Shown here piece by piece: positions 32,101 through 52,369 of a stretch of DNA of 64,000 nucleotides (the stretch's first letter is position 1; every line of letters starts with the position of its first letter). The position numbers and the translations under genes are program-made. Origin of the DNA: the human T2T-CHM13v2.0 reference genome, Homo sapiens; NCBI RefSeq assembly GCF_009914755.1, contig NC_060928.1. One strand, 5' to 3'. The notes beneath the pieces were generated by a model. The model made no database searches, was not told where the DNA came from, and saw only the letters and a program-made list of their open reading frames with translations.

Positions 32101-32603
32101 GAGAAAGGCCAGGAATAAGCCCAAATTCAAAAAACAATTCCAGGATTAACAGATAAGTGGATAATAGAGAATTGACAAAAGATCATGCTCATTTTACCAA
32201 TAAGAAACTGGTTGGTTAACTTGGGTTGCAAACTGAAAGCAGATTTATACTAAACTGGCAGGTGTCTCCAGATCTTAAATGCAGATCTCTATCTCTGAGT
32301 TAATCTGCCTCTCATCTTCAATGGCATTCCTCTGAATTTTTCTCCCTCAAATAATCTATATATTATTAAATTTTGTTTATACTGCCATTTTAAGAAACAG
32401 ATTTTAAAACTTTAAACATGGGAATTAAATAGGCCCTACTGAGGATTATGAAAAACCTGACAAAACCTCCTATGCACATGATTTAGATTAGGAGCAGTGC
32501 ACACGCTGTATGTGTATGTGCAGCTACTTGTCCAATTAACACCTTTTCAGAAATGGAGGAACTTTCTCTGAGGACTTTGACATATTTGTGTGTTCAGCAG
32601 TCC

Positions 32604-34017
<1,414 letters not shown>

Positions 34018-35591
34018 TCAGCAGTCCTTTTTCAAGAGATGTGAAGTACATCTTCACAGATTTTTAAATATTTAGATAGAAAGTTCTTACAGAATGAGAA
34101 ATAAAAAGTTAGCTTTGCCTTAAAAATATTAATTCACCTTATATTCTCCATACTTAATCCATATAGGAAACATTATATTCCAGGTCTAACATGTGGCTTG
34201 CTTACATTAATTTTGCTGTTGAAAAATATATGTTTTGGATTATGTTTTTAAAATTTTAGCTTTAATATTTAAATATTAAATAATGTTAACTTTAAATTAA
34301 CGAAGAATAGTTTTTAATTTTATAAGAAATGCCCTATAAAAAACACTTTCTTTACCTCAAGAGTGAGACTTGGCAACCATACCAATATTACATAGTAATT
34401 TTAAAGTCAAACGAAATGGAGAGAACTTAATAGATACAGAAGATAAGAATTTAAACTAACATTTTGCTCGGGATTTTAGAACACTATACAGAGGGAAATT
34501 TAGTAGACAATAATGAAGTCCATAGCATTGCACACATCTTGAAATAAGTGTATAATTGACACAAGCTATGTCCCATGTTGATAGGAAGAATCCAAAATAG
34601 TTTTGGAGAATAATGCCATCTATGCAGGAGGTGTGGCCATATACATCATCTTTACTCAGTGTTTTTCATGTCAATAAATATTTAATTCCTAACACTCTGA
34701 ATTACTAATAGAGGTGAAGCCTGTCAGTGGAAGTGACAGAGAGATACACAGTGATTCCCGTAAGTTTGATCCTGAAACACAGTGCCTTTAGCAGATATAG
34801 TTCCCATAAGCAAGCAGTCTGAAGTATTTACCCTCAGTAATCTGAATGTATAAATAAACAGGATTCATGATGGTAGAGTAATTTATATATACTTGTAGTA
34901 TTAGGACATGCAAAACTTATTTTATGGAAAAAAATAATTTACTACCTTATAGTATGGCAACTATACAAATCTATAAATTGACTCTTTTGTCCCCTTGAAA
35001 AAAAGCTGACATAAAATTTAAATGATGTGTATTTTTTCTTAGAGCAATAAAAGATATACCCCCACCTAGAAAAGCAATAAACCAAAAAATAAAACAAAAA
35101 CAAAATCAAGCCCTCTTCACAAATTTGAGCATATCTACAGCTTTATGTGGTGAGAGATACAGCTACCATTCTTGAGTAATCCGAAGAGTCAAATGGTATG
35201 GAGCAAAATTACAGTCCTAAATGCATATTGGTGAAATGAGATGCTGATCCATTTGCACACTAATGTGCTATTTTTAAGTCATGCATCATAGCATCTTCAA
35301 AGAGGCCTGTCATAATTATGATGGATTAGACTGCAGAGTCAGTCCTAGATGCAGTAATTGTTTCACAGATGCTGCCAATGCGACTAGAATTTATAATAAA
35401 TTATTTTCAGAGAGGCGGGAGAAGGAACAAAATCAAAGGAAAACTGCTGTGGCTAAAACCTGTTTTGGTCTTAGGAAACCAAAATGTTAGCTAGTAGTCA
35501 AAAGGCCAGTATTTTCAACTGAGATAAACATGCTTCATTAATACATGCCTCTGACATAGAAGATAAAGGTTAACATAATTGACATATCAGC

Positions 35592-35594
<3 letters not shown>

Positions 35595-35653
<59 letters not shown>
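35595..35653. repeat. (TC)n microsatellite
   Basis: About 29 units. Confidence 0.98.
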
Positions 35654-35658
<5 letters not shown>

Positions 35659-36109
35659 GTAGCTTATGAAAATTTATTCTGGGGCATTAGCTGAAATTAT
35701 TGAGTGGCCATATAATTGTTGCATGTTTCTATTTATGTTAAATTGCCTGGTTATAATTTGACCTTTAGAATTTCTGAAAAAAATGGTGGTATTTATAGTA
35801 AATAGAAATATTCTTTTTGGTTCCTTGGAAGCCCATGCATTACAAAGAACATTAGATTATTGGAATAAAAGGATAGACATACATAATATGACTAGTGGGA
35901 TCTAAATTATAACCTTTTAAAATTGTAATTTAATTAGTCTGTCATTTAGGCAAATGATAATTTCTAAAACTGCCTTTTTAGACTTAAAAAAATACCAAAG
36001 TTCTTATAACTTTAGCATTATGTTTTGTTCATTCTTAAAGTTTAATTCACTTTGTTGCCTTTTTGGTAAACCTATGAAGAAATCTCATGCTGCACCATAT
36101 AGTAAAAAA

Positions 36110-36111
<2 letters not shown>

Positions 36112-36140
<29 letters not shown>
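36112..36140. repeat. (GT)n microsatellite
   Basis: About 14 units. Confidence 0.97.
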
Positions 36141-37339
36141 ATTTGAATAATGAGCTATGTGTTATATTTTGATAAGCAAAGATAAGTTTATAGTGAAGCA
36201 GATAAACATGCCATGTATTTTCCTAGGTTAAGGGTTCAATAATCAGAAGAGCTTCTACAACTCATTTGCCTTCTCACTAGTTTTTTTGAAATTGCGCTCT
36301 ATGAGTTTTTTATGTGGTGTTCTCTGTACTTGCTGACTACTGATGCACATTTCTCCTTAGGTCACTGGTTCTCCTCCCTCAGCAATGTTGTAGGTAGCTT
36401 TGATGAACATTCGTTGTCAGCCTTTTACCTTTGACTTAGTGTTTTTCTCTCATACTACGGCAAGAAGAAATGAAGTTAAATTTTACAAGAGTGACTTGGG
36501 TGGCTGATATGCCCACATTGACAGGGACAAGAGCTCTAGTCTTCCCCTCTCCTGTATTCCCATGGCACTTCAGTAGTCTCATTGCCTCAACATAACCACA
36601 GTTCAGGGCAGTAGAGGATGTTTGCATCTTTGTGTTAGCTCCATGCCATGGCAACTGCACTGAGTGAGGATTCAACTCAGTGCAGCAGGACTGAAAAAAT
36701 AAATGAACTAATGTGTCTTGAGCTCCAATTCTCTGAGTGACATTATCAGGGGAGATTCATAAATCATCCTCAAATATTCTAGAGAAAAATCATCAGCAGT
36801 CCAGCATTGCAAAGATAATCTGGGAAGGTGGCAAAGAAGGGATCAGAATAACTCTGTGGCAGCTTCAAATTCCATGTCCTAAAAGTTTACGTTTTCTTTT
36901 TTATTCTATCCCAAACCACATAAAGAAATGATTTGTTGGCAAAAGACATGCAAAATGCCCTTAATCATCTTAATAATTACAGACCTACAGATACGTAGCC
37001 AAAATACTTTGTTTTTTAATCCTAAACCTTAAAAAAAAAGCTTAAATTGTTGGCTAAATGTGAATTTAATAACAAAACTTACTCCTTTAATTATGCACTT
37101 GTCTTAGTATTGTGTGGTGGGAAGAGCTTTAGAGAGCTGCCAGAGTGCTTAGGCCTAGTCCCTGTGGGAGCCTCTGTTTTGGTGCTTCACCATGGGCAGA
37201 TTCCTCAGTTTTCACATCTTTAAAATGAGAAAATGGTACTAGATCCTTGCTGCTACTCTGAAATGTTTATACATTGTTAGGACCATTGTTACATATTATT
37301 ACTTATATTTGAGTGTCACCTTAGAATTTCTTAGCCGTG

Positions 37340-37797
37340 TGATATGGTTTGGTTGTTGGCTCCTCTAAATCTCCTGTTGAAATATAATCCCCAGTGTTGG
37401 AGGTGGGGGCCTGGTGGGAAGTGTTTGGATTATTGGGGCAGATCCCTCATGGCATGGTGCTGTCCTCCTGATAGTGAGTTCTCAAGAGATCTGGTTAAGG
37501 GTGTGTGGCACGTCCCCCTCCCTGTCTCCTTCCCTCCCTCTCTCCTTCCCTCCCTCTGTCCTTCCCTCCCTCTTCCTCCCTCTTCCTCTCTCTTTTTCTC
37601 CCACTCCAGCCATGTTAGATGCCTGCTCCCCTTTTGCTTTCTGCCATGATTATAAGTTTTGTAAGGCCTCACCCAAAGCAGATGCCAGTGCTTTGCCTCC
37701 TATACAGCCTGCAGAACCATGAGCCAATTAAACCTATTTTCTTATAAATTACCCAGACAGCTATTTCTTTATAGCAACTCAAAAACAGCCTAACATA
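37340..37797. mobile_element. MST-type MaLR solo LTR
   Basis: tgatatggtttgg...aatccccagtgttggaggtggggcctgg ... cagcctgcagaaccatgagccaattaaacct...tatttctttatagca...ctaacata. Confidence 0.9.
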
Positions 37798-39869
37798 CCT
37801 TTCAAAAGGTTAAAATGCTATTTAGTCATTCCAGAAGCAAGATCTCTTTGTCCAGAATTCTGGAAATAAAGATGCCAAAATAATATGGCATGTATTTGAT
37901 CTCAGGGAATTTTCATTTTTTCAAAAGGAGGAAAAAAGAGTAATATAATTTTTTAATATTTTGGTAGCTCTAACAGTGCTTAGAACCAGTTCTCAAGAGC
38001 ACATTGTGAAACTTTCAGGAATTGCATGAGCTGTAGGTTGATAACATGATGCCAGCTATAACCCATAAGAGCATCTCCTGAGGAATATGTTAAAAACTGT
38101 ATTCATTCTTAAATTTTAACTAAATGCAATGAGTGAAGTATTGACATCATGAAAATCATCCCTGGGTAAACAATTAGTCACTCCAGGTTTTCCCAAAGGT
38201 TCTTCTGTCTCTGTTCTTGTATATAAACTTCGTAACCAGTTTAACAACCCCAAAAAAGGCCTTAATTTTGATTGGCCAGCATCCTCTTAGGAAAGACATT
38301 GCCATCCTCTTGTAAAGTTGCTTCTCATTCTAAAATAAGAATTGTTTCCATCTAGGGAATGATTTTTATAGGTAGAATCTTATTTGGCATGGACTCTTTT
38401 GCATACAGTGAATTACAATGTGTAGACCTTCAATAGCAAGGTGTTTGAATATTTAGTTGCACAATAGAGCAGTATCTTAATATTGTATACCATATTAATT
38501 TTGTGTTCTCTGGTGTAAGAAAAAATAGAAGGATGTTTAATTTCAACTAAAAAATCAATCATGATAATTCAAAATATTTCTGATGAGTCATTTATAAGAG
38601 CAGATATGAATTAAAATTATATTTTTGTTCTTAGTCTCTGAGAAGCAAAAATCACACAAATAATCTCCATAGCAAAAATTTATATTTATCTGAAAAACAG
38701 TTTAACTTTGAAAAACTTTTCTTTGCAATCATTTAAATTCATAAAAAAAATTCATTAACTCTACTTTCACTGAATAGCAGGTGAATAGCAGGTCAATATC
38801 TACAAAAATTCATCTTTGAAGATTTTTTTATCTTACGCAAAAATTATTGACTTCATGTAGACTTTTTATGCAAGCTTGAAAACACTGTGTAAATGACCCC
38901 ATAAAAACTACAGCATGAAAGCTTTTTCAGTATTTCTACAATGAGCAAAATGCATAGGTCTCATTTCCTTCTCTTTTATTAAGCAAAATAATACTTTATC
39001 AACATCAGTATGCAAGCACTAAGAGCTTGAAAGAGTACTGTGCAAGTGGGTTACTGGATCATAATATTCCAGGGTATGTATATAAAAAGTGTGATTTAGC
39101 ACATATTAAAGTAAAAGAAAATATTGCATTTTTCTCCTTCTAAAATGGCAGTTTATTAGTTTAAATTTCCTGAAATAAGATTTAAAGACCAATAACAAAT
39201 TTTCCTCATTCTAACATATAACTTTCCTGCCCTTCTTGTGAAAAAGTTAACCATTAAACTTTTCACACAAATGGTTGTATAAAGGACTTGCTGTCACAGA
39301 CAAAATAGTTCTGTATAATGTTTAAAAATGGCCATTGTGTTTAAAACTCCATATTGAAATACATTTCTTTTTTAGTCACCTTCATTTCTTAGTAGCTATT
39401 ATTATACTCAAAGGATTTGCCCTTGACACTTTAAAGAATGTCCAAAATTATGTGGAATGGATTATAATAAAAGATAATATATTAAATGCTTAAAATATTT
39501 TATACCTTAGAAAGTAGAAAAACATGTATTATGTACAGATCCTACAAATTTTATATAATTTATCATAAATGTACACATGTATATACATGTAAATACCTTT
39601 TGATTGCTCTGTATATGAATTGGTGTTTTACAGTTACCAAAAGAAAAGTGCCTTTTTTTGGTAGTATCTGGACAGGTAATTGACTTTCTTTCTGCAGGAT
39701 TTATTTAGATTTATGTCTATGCTCCTTAATTTTTGAAAAGTGATAGTGTCCTGATTTTGGAGAAGCCTCTCATATCAAAGACTACAAATCAATTTTCATG
39801 ATTTTAAAACCTAAAGTTTCTTTATTAGGTGTTATTGATGATTAAAAGCCATTGTCTCACCCAAATTTT

Positions 39870-40160
39870 CTACTTGTTCAATAGAAACATAATGTAAGCC
39901 ACATGGAATTTTACATTTTCTAGTACTCACATTAAAACAAGTGAAAAAGAAACAAATTGATGATACGTTTGATTTAACCCAATACATTTAAAATAGTTCA
40001 ACATGTATTAAATATTTTTTGAGTATTTTTGTGTTTTTTTAACACTAAATCTTTGAAATCCAAACTAAATGTTTTCATAGATACCACATCTCAATTTGGA
40101 CTAGACACATTTTAAGGGCTCAATAGCTATATGTGACTAGTCACTGTTGGATGATGTATA
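39870..40160. mobile_element. MER33-like hAT-Charlie MITE
   Basis: aatagaaacataatgtaagccacat...catctcaatttggactagacacattt...gctcaatagctatatgtgactagt. Confidence 0.7.
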
Positions 40161-40177
40161 TCTAGACCATCTCTTAA

Positions 40178-40538
<361 letters not shown>

Positions 40539-40969
40539 CTTTTATTTTATTTATTAAGTAATACACATGCTTGGAAGTTATTTAAAAAAAAAAAAAAGGA
40601 ATAGTTAAAAGTAATCCCCCTCCCAGTGCTTTTCTCCAGCTGCCCCATTCCTTTTCCTGGAGGCAAATTATTATGGCCAGTTCATTATATATTCTCCAGA
40701 GATGATTTTTTTTTATTTTACAAAGGTATAGGTTGTAGCATTCTTATATAAACTGTTGTGTAGCTTCCTTTATTCCATTTAATTACTGGGAGATACTTCC
40801 ATCTGAAAATATAGAGATACTAATTTTAATAGCTACATGGTATTATATTGTGTGGCTGTACCATAAATTATTTAACATAACCCTTATTGATGTAGGTTGT
40901 TTCTAACCTTTTATTACTGCAAAAGATTGTGCCTACATCATTTAATGTATATATGAGCATATTTGTCAG

Positions 40970-41281
<312 letters not shown>

Positions 41282-42829
41282 TAAATTCTTAAAAGGGTCA
41301 AGGAAAGTGTTTCTGAAATTTTATACATATTGCCAAATTGTCATCCTACATGATATTTGTGGCAGTTTTGACTCTCAAAAGCCACATGAGAGAGTATCTG
41401 TTTTCCCACATGCTTGCCAAACATAGTATAGTATCAAGCTTACTGATCTTCACTAATTGGAGAAGAGAAAAAAACTGTACCTTGTTGCAGTTTTAATTTG
41501 CATTTCTTTTTATGAGCAATAGTAGATATCTTCTTAAATACTTAAGAGCCATTCACATTTCATTTTCTATGAACTGTCCATGTCCCTTGTCCATTTTTTA
41601 GTATGTGGTTATTCATTTATTTGTAGGCGTCCTATATGTTAAGAAAAGTTTTATACAACTTTTAACTCTTTTTACATGTTTATTTTGGCACATATAAATT
41701 TTAGCAAACTTTCCCATCTTTTATGACTTCTAGATTTTGTTTCACAAAAAAAGAGCTTAGCCAGTCATTAGATTTTTTTAAGTTTTCTCAGATTGTTTTT
41801 AACTTTTGGGAGGGTTTTATTTCCTGTATTCAAATATTAAATTCATCTAGAATTTATCTTAAAGTGTAAGGGAATGATCCCACTTTATCATTTTTTCAGG
41901 AGATTACCCAGTTGTTCTAATATCAAGTATGTCTTTGAAATCCCATCCTTATCTTGTAGCATATTTCTGTGGTTTGGGTCTATTTTTGAACATTCTGTTT
42001 TATTCCATTGATCATATTAATATTATATGTGCAAACACAAACTATTTTAAGTATAGTAGCTTTGTTGCTTTTAAATATCTTTTAATTTGGCTACTAGGCC
42101 CCATACAATTCTTTTTCAGAATATTCCTGGCTACCCAATTTGTTTATTTTTCCAAATGAACTTTGGAGTCAACTTCCTTAATTCCTCAAAATATTCTGCA
42201 AGTACTTTTAGTAAGAGTATATTAAGTGAATAATTTGACAACTATCTAAGAACATATTATAGCTTTTCCCTTGTTTTGTTTTTGTACTTATATATTAGTA
42301 TAGTTTTAAAGTTATATTAAAATAGGTCTTCCACATTTTAAAAACTTATTCCTAGTGTATTAATTTCTTCTATTATAACTACAGTATTTTATTCCAGTAA
42401 AACTTCTGACTGGTTGATGCTCTTATAAATCAAGGCTATAAATTTTTCTTCAGCTACTTTGCTGAATTCTCACAAACTGTAACCATTTTTTACTTGATTC
42501 TCTAGGTTGACCAGTATATAATCTTTTTATCTGTAAACAATAACTTTAGCGTTGCTTTCAACATCTATATTCTTATTCTATTTCATTTTTCTTGTTTATC
42601 AAGAAATAGCTGTTTTAATAGAGTTGTTTTTCGCCCAAAAAGAAAATAGTCTTTCTTTTTCTACTTATATCTTTAAAATAAATGTAATGAGAAAGACTGT
42701 GGGAAAATAAAGCAGACACCTTATACAATGGATTAATTTTTTTAGTGCCATTTCTTCTGGCTTTCTCTATTATTGGGACTCTGAAATCTTCGTTAGTACT
42801 ACTCTCAAAAATGTTCGAATGAATGCAAT

Positions 42830-43435
42830 CAGATTCAAGGGTACAAGTGCAGGTTATATAGGTGAATTGCATGCCTTGGGGGTTTGGTGTACAGACTATT
42901 TTGTCACCCAGGTAATAAGCGTAGTACTTAATAGGTAGTTTTTTGATCCTCTCCCTTCTCCCATCCTCAAAGTATCCCTGCTGTCTGTTGTTCCCCCTCT
43001 TTGTGTCCATGTGTTCTTGCTGTTTAGCTGCCACTTAAGAGAACATGTGGTATTTTTCTGTTCCTTTGTTAGTTTGTTTAGGATAATGGCCTCCAGCTCC
43101 ATCCATGTTGCTGCACAGAACACGATTTTGTGTTTCTTTATGGCTGTGTAGTATTCCATGGTGTATATGTAACACTTTCTTTATCCAGTCTACTACTTAC
43201 GGACATTTAGGTTGATTCCATGTCTTCGCTATCATTAATAGTGCTGTGATGAACATACGTGTGCAATATGCCTTTATGGTAGAATGATTTATATCCCTTT
43301 GGGTAATATGCCGAATAATGGGATTGCTCGGTCAGATGGCAATTCTAAGTCCTCTGAAATTACCGCACTGCTTTCCACAACAGCTGAACTAGTTTACATT
43401 CCCACAAGCAATAAGGGGATAAGTGTTCCCTTTTC
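42830..43435 (-). mobile_element. L1 3' end, old L1PA/L1PB type
   Basis: ORF 42896-43159 MEYYTAIKK...ATWMELEAIIL is an ORF2p C-terminal remnant. Confidence 0.9.
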
Positions 43436-44019
43436 TCTGCAGGAATGATTAATTCTTTTAGAGAGTCAAAGATGGAATCCTAGGGAAGATGATATCTGAG
43501 GCAGGTTTAGAGTCATTGGGCAAATAAGGGGATTAAGAAGGCATTCTAGGCAGACAGAAAACCAAAGGCATGAAGCTCTGAAACAGCTTACTATGTTTGG
43601 ATATTTATAAGCTGTTGTTATTGTTGGAGTATAAACTGTAAGAGAGAGTAGGAGGACAGAAAAAACAGCCTGTATGCGGGGGGAAGAAAACATTTAAACA
43701 GAAATTCTCAAAAGATTTGGGCAGCCAGCCCCTCTAGAGAAAAACATAGAATCACCTAGAAAGGGTTTTTCATAAAGTACACTTTTCATCACCCCTATTC
43801 TGTCACCTGGAATATTGATAACACTGAAGGGAGTGTGCCTTATCTCTCAGGTGTATTTGGATGAAATAGTTTGAGAACCATGCAGGCAAGTTTAAGCCAG
43901 TGTGTTAAAGAGAATATGACATCAGATTTGCATTTTACAATCTTCCTTTTGATAACAAAGGGAACCTTAAAGGGCTGGAGGGGAAGGGCAGACGGGGCTA
44001 GGGGAGGAGAACCCTTTTA

Positions 44020-44439
<420 letters not shown>

Positions 44440-44763
44440 TTAGCAAGTGATTAGGTAAATGAAGTGCTAGAGAAAATAAAGGGGATATTTTTCAATTGTT
44501 TTTAGCATTTTGGCAAAAAATTATTTAGGAATGAAATTGATGCTAGTAACTAAGAGTATGAACTTCCCACATTAGCTGGTAATTTTGATCACCCTTGTTC
44601 TCCATGACCATAAATATTTTAGAGTTGCTATGAAGACAAGAATGTTTATTTCCTGAGTAGCTGTCAGTTGTCACTATGAAACATGAAAATAAATATCAGT
44701 TTGCTATGTCTAGGTATTCCGATATTTATCCACAATTATTCCTTAAGATATATTAGTATTTTT

Positions 44764-48370
<3,607 letters not shown>

Positions 48371-48907
48371 ATCTTGAGTCTGGCAGCAATTTGTAAAGGC
48401 TCATAAAAATCTGAAGCTTACATTTTTTGTCAAGTTACCGATGCTTGTGTCTTGTGAAAGAGAACTTCACTTACATGCAGTTTTTCCAAAAGAATTAAAT
48501 AATCGTGCATGTTTATTTTTCCCTCTCTTCAGATCCTGTAAAATTTGAATGTATCTGTTTTAGATCAATTCGCCTATTTAGCTCTTTGTATATTATCTCC
48601 TGGAGAGACAGCTAGGCAGCAAAAAAACAATCTATTAAAATGAGAAAATAACGACCATAGGCAGTCTAATGTACGAACTTTAAATATTTTTTAATTCAAG
48701 GTAAAATATATTAGTTTCACAAGATTTCTGGCTAATAGGGAAATTATTATCTTCAGTCTTCATGAGTTGGGGGAAATGATAATGCTGACACTCTTAGTGC
48801 TCCTAAAGTTTCCTTTTCTCCATTTATACATTTGGAATGTTGTGATTTATATTCATTTTGATTCCCTTTTCTCTAAAATTTCATCTTTTTGATTAAAAAA
48901 TATGATA

Positions 48908-51260
48908 CAGGCATACCTCAGAGATATTGTGGGTTTGGCTCCATACCACAATAAAATGAATATTACAATAAAGCAAGTTGTAAGGACTTTTTGGTTTCTC
49001 ACTGTATGTAAAAGTTATTTATATACTATACTGTAACATACTAAGTGTGCAATAGCATTGTGTCTAAAAAATATATACTTTAAAAATAATTTATTGTTAA
49101 AAAAATGCCAACAATTATCTGGGCCTTTAGTGAGTGCTAATCTTTTTGCTGGTGGAGGGTCGTGCTTCAGTATTGATCGCTGTGGACTGATCATGGTGGT
49201 AGTTGCTGAAGGTTGCTGGGATGGCTGTGTGTGTGGCAATTTCTTAAAATAAGACAACAGTGAAGTGCTGTATCAATTGATTTTTCCATTCACAAAAGAT
49301 TTCTCTGTAGCATGCAATGCTGTTTGATAGCATTTAACCCACAGCAGAATTTCTTTGAAAATTGGACTCAGTCCTCTCAAACTGTGCTGCTGCTTTATCA
49401 ACTAAGTTTTTGTAATATTCTGAATCCTTTGTTGTCATTTCAGCAGTTTACAGCATCTTCATTGGAAGTATATTCCATCTCAAACATTCTTTGTTCATCC
49501 ATAAGAAGCAACTTCTTATCAAGTTTTTTCATGACATTGCAGTAACTCAGCCCCATCTTCAGGCTCTACTTCTAATTCTGGTTCTCTTGCTACATCTCCC
49601 TCATCTGCAGTGACCTCTCCACGGAAGTCTTGAACTCCTCAAAGTAATCCATGAGGGTTGGAATCAACTTCTAAACTCCTGTTAATGTTGATATATTGAC
49701 CCCCTCCCATGAATTATGAATGTTCTTAATAACTTCTAAATGGTGATACCTTTCCAGAAGGCTTTCAATGTACTTTGCCCGGATCCATCAGAAGACTATC
49801 TTGGCAGCTGTAGACTAACAATATATTTCTTAAATGATAAGACTTGAAAGTCAAAAGTACTCCTTAATCCATAGGCTGCAGAATCAATGTTGTATTAACA
49901 GGCACAAAAACAGCATTAATCTTGTGCATCTCCATCGGAGCTCTTGGGTGACTAGGTGCCTTGAGCAGTAATATTTTGAAAGGAGGTTTTGGTTTTGTTT
50001 TTTGTTTTTTTGTTTTTTTTTTTTTGTTTTTTAGCAGTAAGTCTCAACACTGGGCTTAAAATATTCAGTAAACTATGTTGTAAAAAGATGTGTTATCATC
50101 CAGACTTTGTTGTTCCATTACTCTACACAAGCAGGGTACACTTAGCATAATTCTTAAGGGCCTTGGAATTTTCAGAATGGTAAATGAGTATGGGCTTCAA
50201 CTTAAAATCATCAACTGCATTAGCCTGTAACAAGAGAGTCAGCCTGTCCTTTGAAGCAAGGCATTGACTTCTATCTATGAAAGTCTTAGATGGCACCTTG
50301 TTTCAATAGTAGGCTGTTTAGTACAGCCACCTTCATCAGTGATCTTAGCTAGATCTTCTGCATAACTTGCTGCAGCTTCTACATCAGCACTTGCTGCCTC
50401 ACCTTGTCCTTTTATGTTATAGAGACAGCTGCGCTTCTTAAACTTTATAAACCAACTTCTGCTAGCTTCCAACTTCTCTTCTGCAGCTTCCTCATTCTCT
50501 TCATAGAACTGAAGGGAGTCAAGGCCTTGCTCTGGATTAAGCTTTGGCTTAAGGAATGTTGTGGCTGACGTGATCTTCTATCCAGACCACTAAAGCGCTC
50601 TCCATATCAGCAATAAGGCCGTTTTGCTTTCTTACCTTTCATGTGTTCACTGGAGTAATTTCCTTCAAGAATTTTTCCTTTACATTCACAACTTGGCTAA
50701 CTGGCATGCAAGGCCTAGCTTTCAGCCTGTCTTGGCTTTTGACATGCCTTCCTCACTTAGCTCGTCATATCTAGCTTTTGATTTAAAGTGGCAGGCATAC
50801 AACTCTTCCTTTCACTTGAACACTTAGAGGCCACTGTAGGGTTATTAATTGGCCTAATTTCAATATTGTTGTGTTTTAGGGAATAGAGAGGCCCAGGGAG
50901 AGGGAGAGAGCCCAAACGGCTGGTTGATAGAGCAGGCAGAATGCACACAACATTTATCAGATTATGTTTGCACCATTTACCAGATTATGGGTACGGTTTG
51001 TGGCACCCCCCAAAAATTAGAATAGTAACATCAAAGATCACTGATCACAGATCGCCATAACATAAATAATAATAAACTTTAAAATACTGTGAGAATTACC
51101 AAAATGTGATACAGAGACATGAAGTGAGCACATGCTGTTGAAAAAAATGACACTGATAGACATACTTAACACGTGGGATTGCCACAAACCTTCAGTTTGT
51201 AAAAGTCACAGTAACTGTGACTCACAAAAGAACAAAGCACAATAAAACGAGGTATGCCTG
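48908..51260 (-). mobile_element. Tigger1 DNA transposon, near full length, transposase decayed
   Basis: ta|caggcatacctc ... gaggtatgcctg|ta terminal inverted repeats with TA TSD; 2353 bp; pogo-like peptide remnant [14 protein letters not shown]...[14 protein letters not shown] at 50275-50472. Confidence 0.95.
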
Positions 51261-52258
51261 TATTTTTAAAAAAAGCTTTTTGTTAAAATTCAGGATATGT
51301 AATAGGTCTGTAGGAATAGTGAAATATTTTTGCTGATGGATGTAGATATATACGTGGATAGAGATGAAGATCTTAATTATAGCTATGCAGCATAGATTTA
51401 GTCAAAGACATTTGAAAAGACAAATGTTAAATTAGTGTGGCTAATGACCTACCCGTGCCATGTTTTCCCTCTTGCAATGAGATACCCCACACTGTGTAGA
51501 AGGATGGAGGGAGGACTCCTACTGTCCCTCTTTGCGTGTGGTTATTAAGTTGCCTCACTGGGCTAAAACACCACACATCTCATAGATAATATTTGGTAAG
51601 TTGTAATCGTCTTCACTCTTCTCTTATCACCCACCCCTATCTTCCCACTTTTCCATCTTTGTTGGTTTGCAACAGCCCCTTCTTTTTGCCTGACTCTCCA
51701 GGATTTTCTCTCATCATAAATTGTTCTAAAGTACATACTAATATGGGTCTGGATTGACTATTCTTATTTGCAAAACAGCAATTAAATGTTATAGGGAAGT
51801 AGGAAGAAAAAGGGGTATCCTTGACAATAAACCAAGCAATATTCTGGGGGTGGGATAGAGCAGGAAATTTTATTTTTAATCTTTTAAAATCCAAGTAATA
51901 GGTAGGCTTCCAGTTAGCTTTAAATGTTTTTTTTTTCCAGCTCAAAAAATTGGATTGTAGTTGATACTACATATAATACATTCTAATTCCCTCACTGTAT
52001 TCTTTGTTTAGTTTCATTTATTTGGTTTAAAATAATTTTTTATCCCATATCTGAAATGTAATATATTTTTATCCAACAACCAGCATGTACATATACTTAA
52101 TTATGTGGCACATTTTCTAATAGATCAGTCCATCAATCTACTCATTTTAAAGAAAAAAAAATTTTAAAGTCACTTTTAGAGCCCTTAATGTGTAGTTGGG
52201 GGTTAAGCTTTGTGGATGTAGCCTTTATATTTAGTATAATTGAGGTCTAAAATAATAA

Positions 52259-52369
<111 letters not shown>

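Noticed and set aside
49015-50948. Tigger1 transposase as a domesticated gene
   Set aside because: Only short fragments separated by stops and frameshifts.
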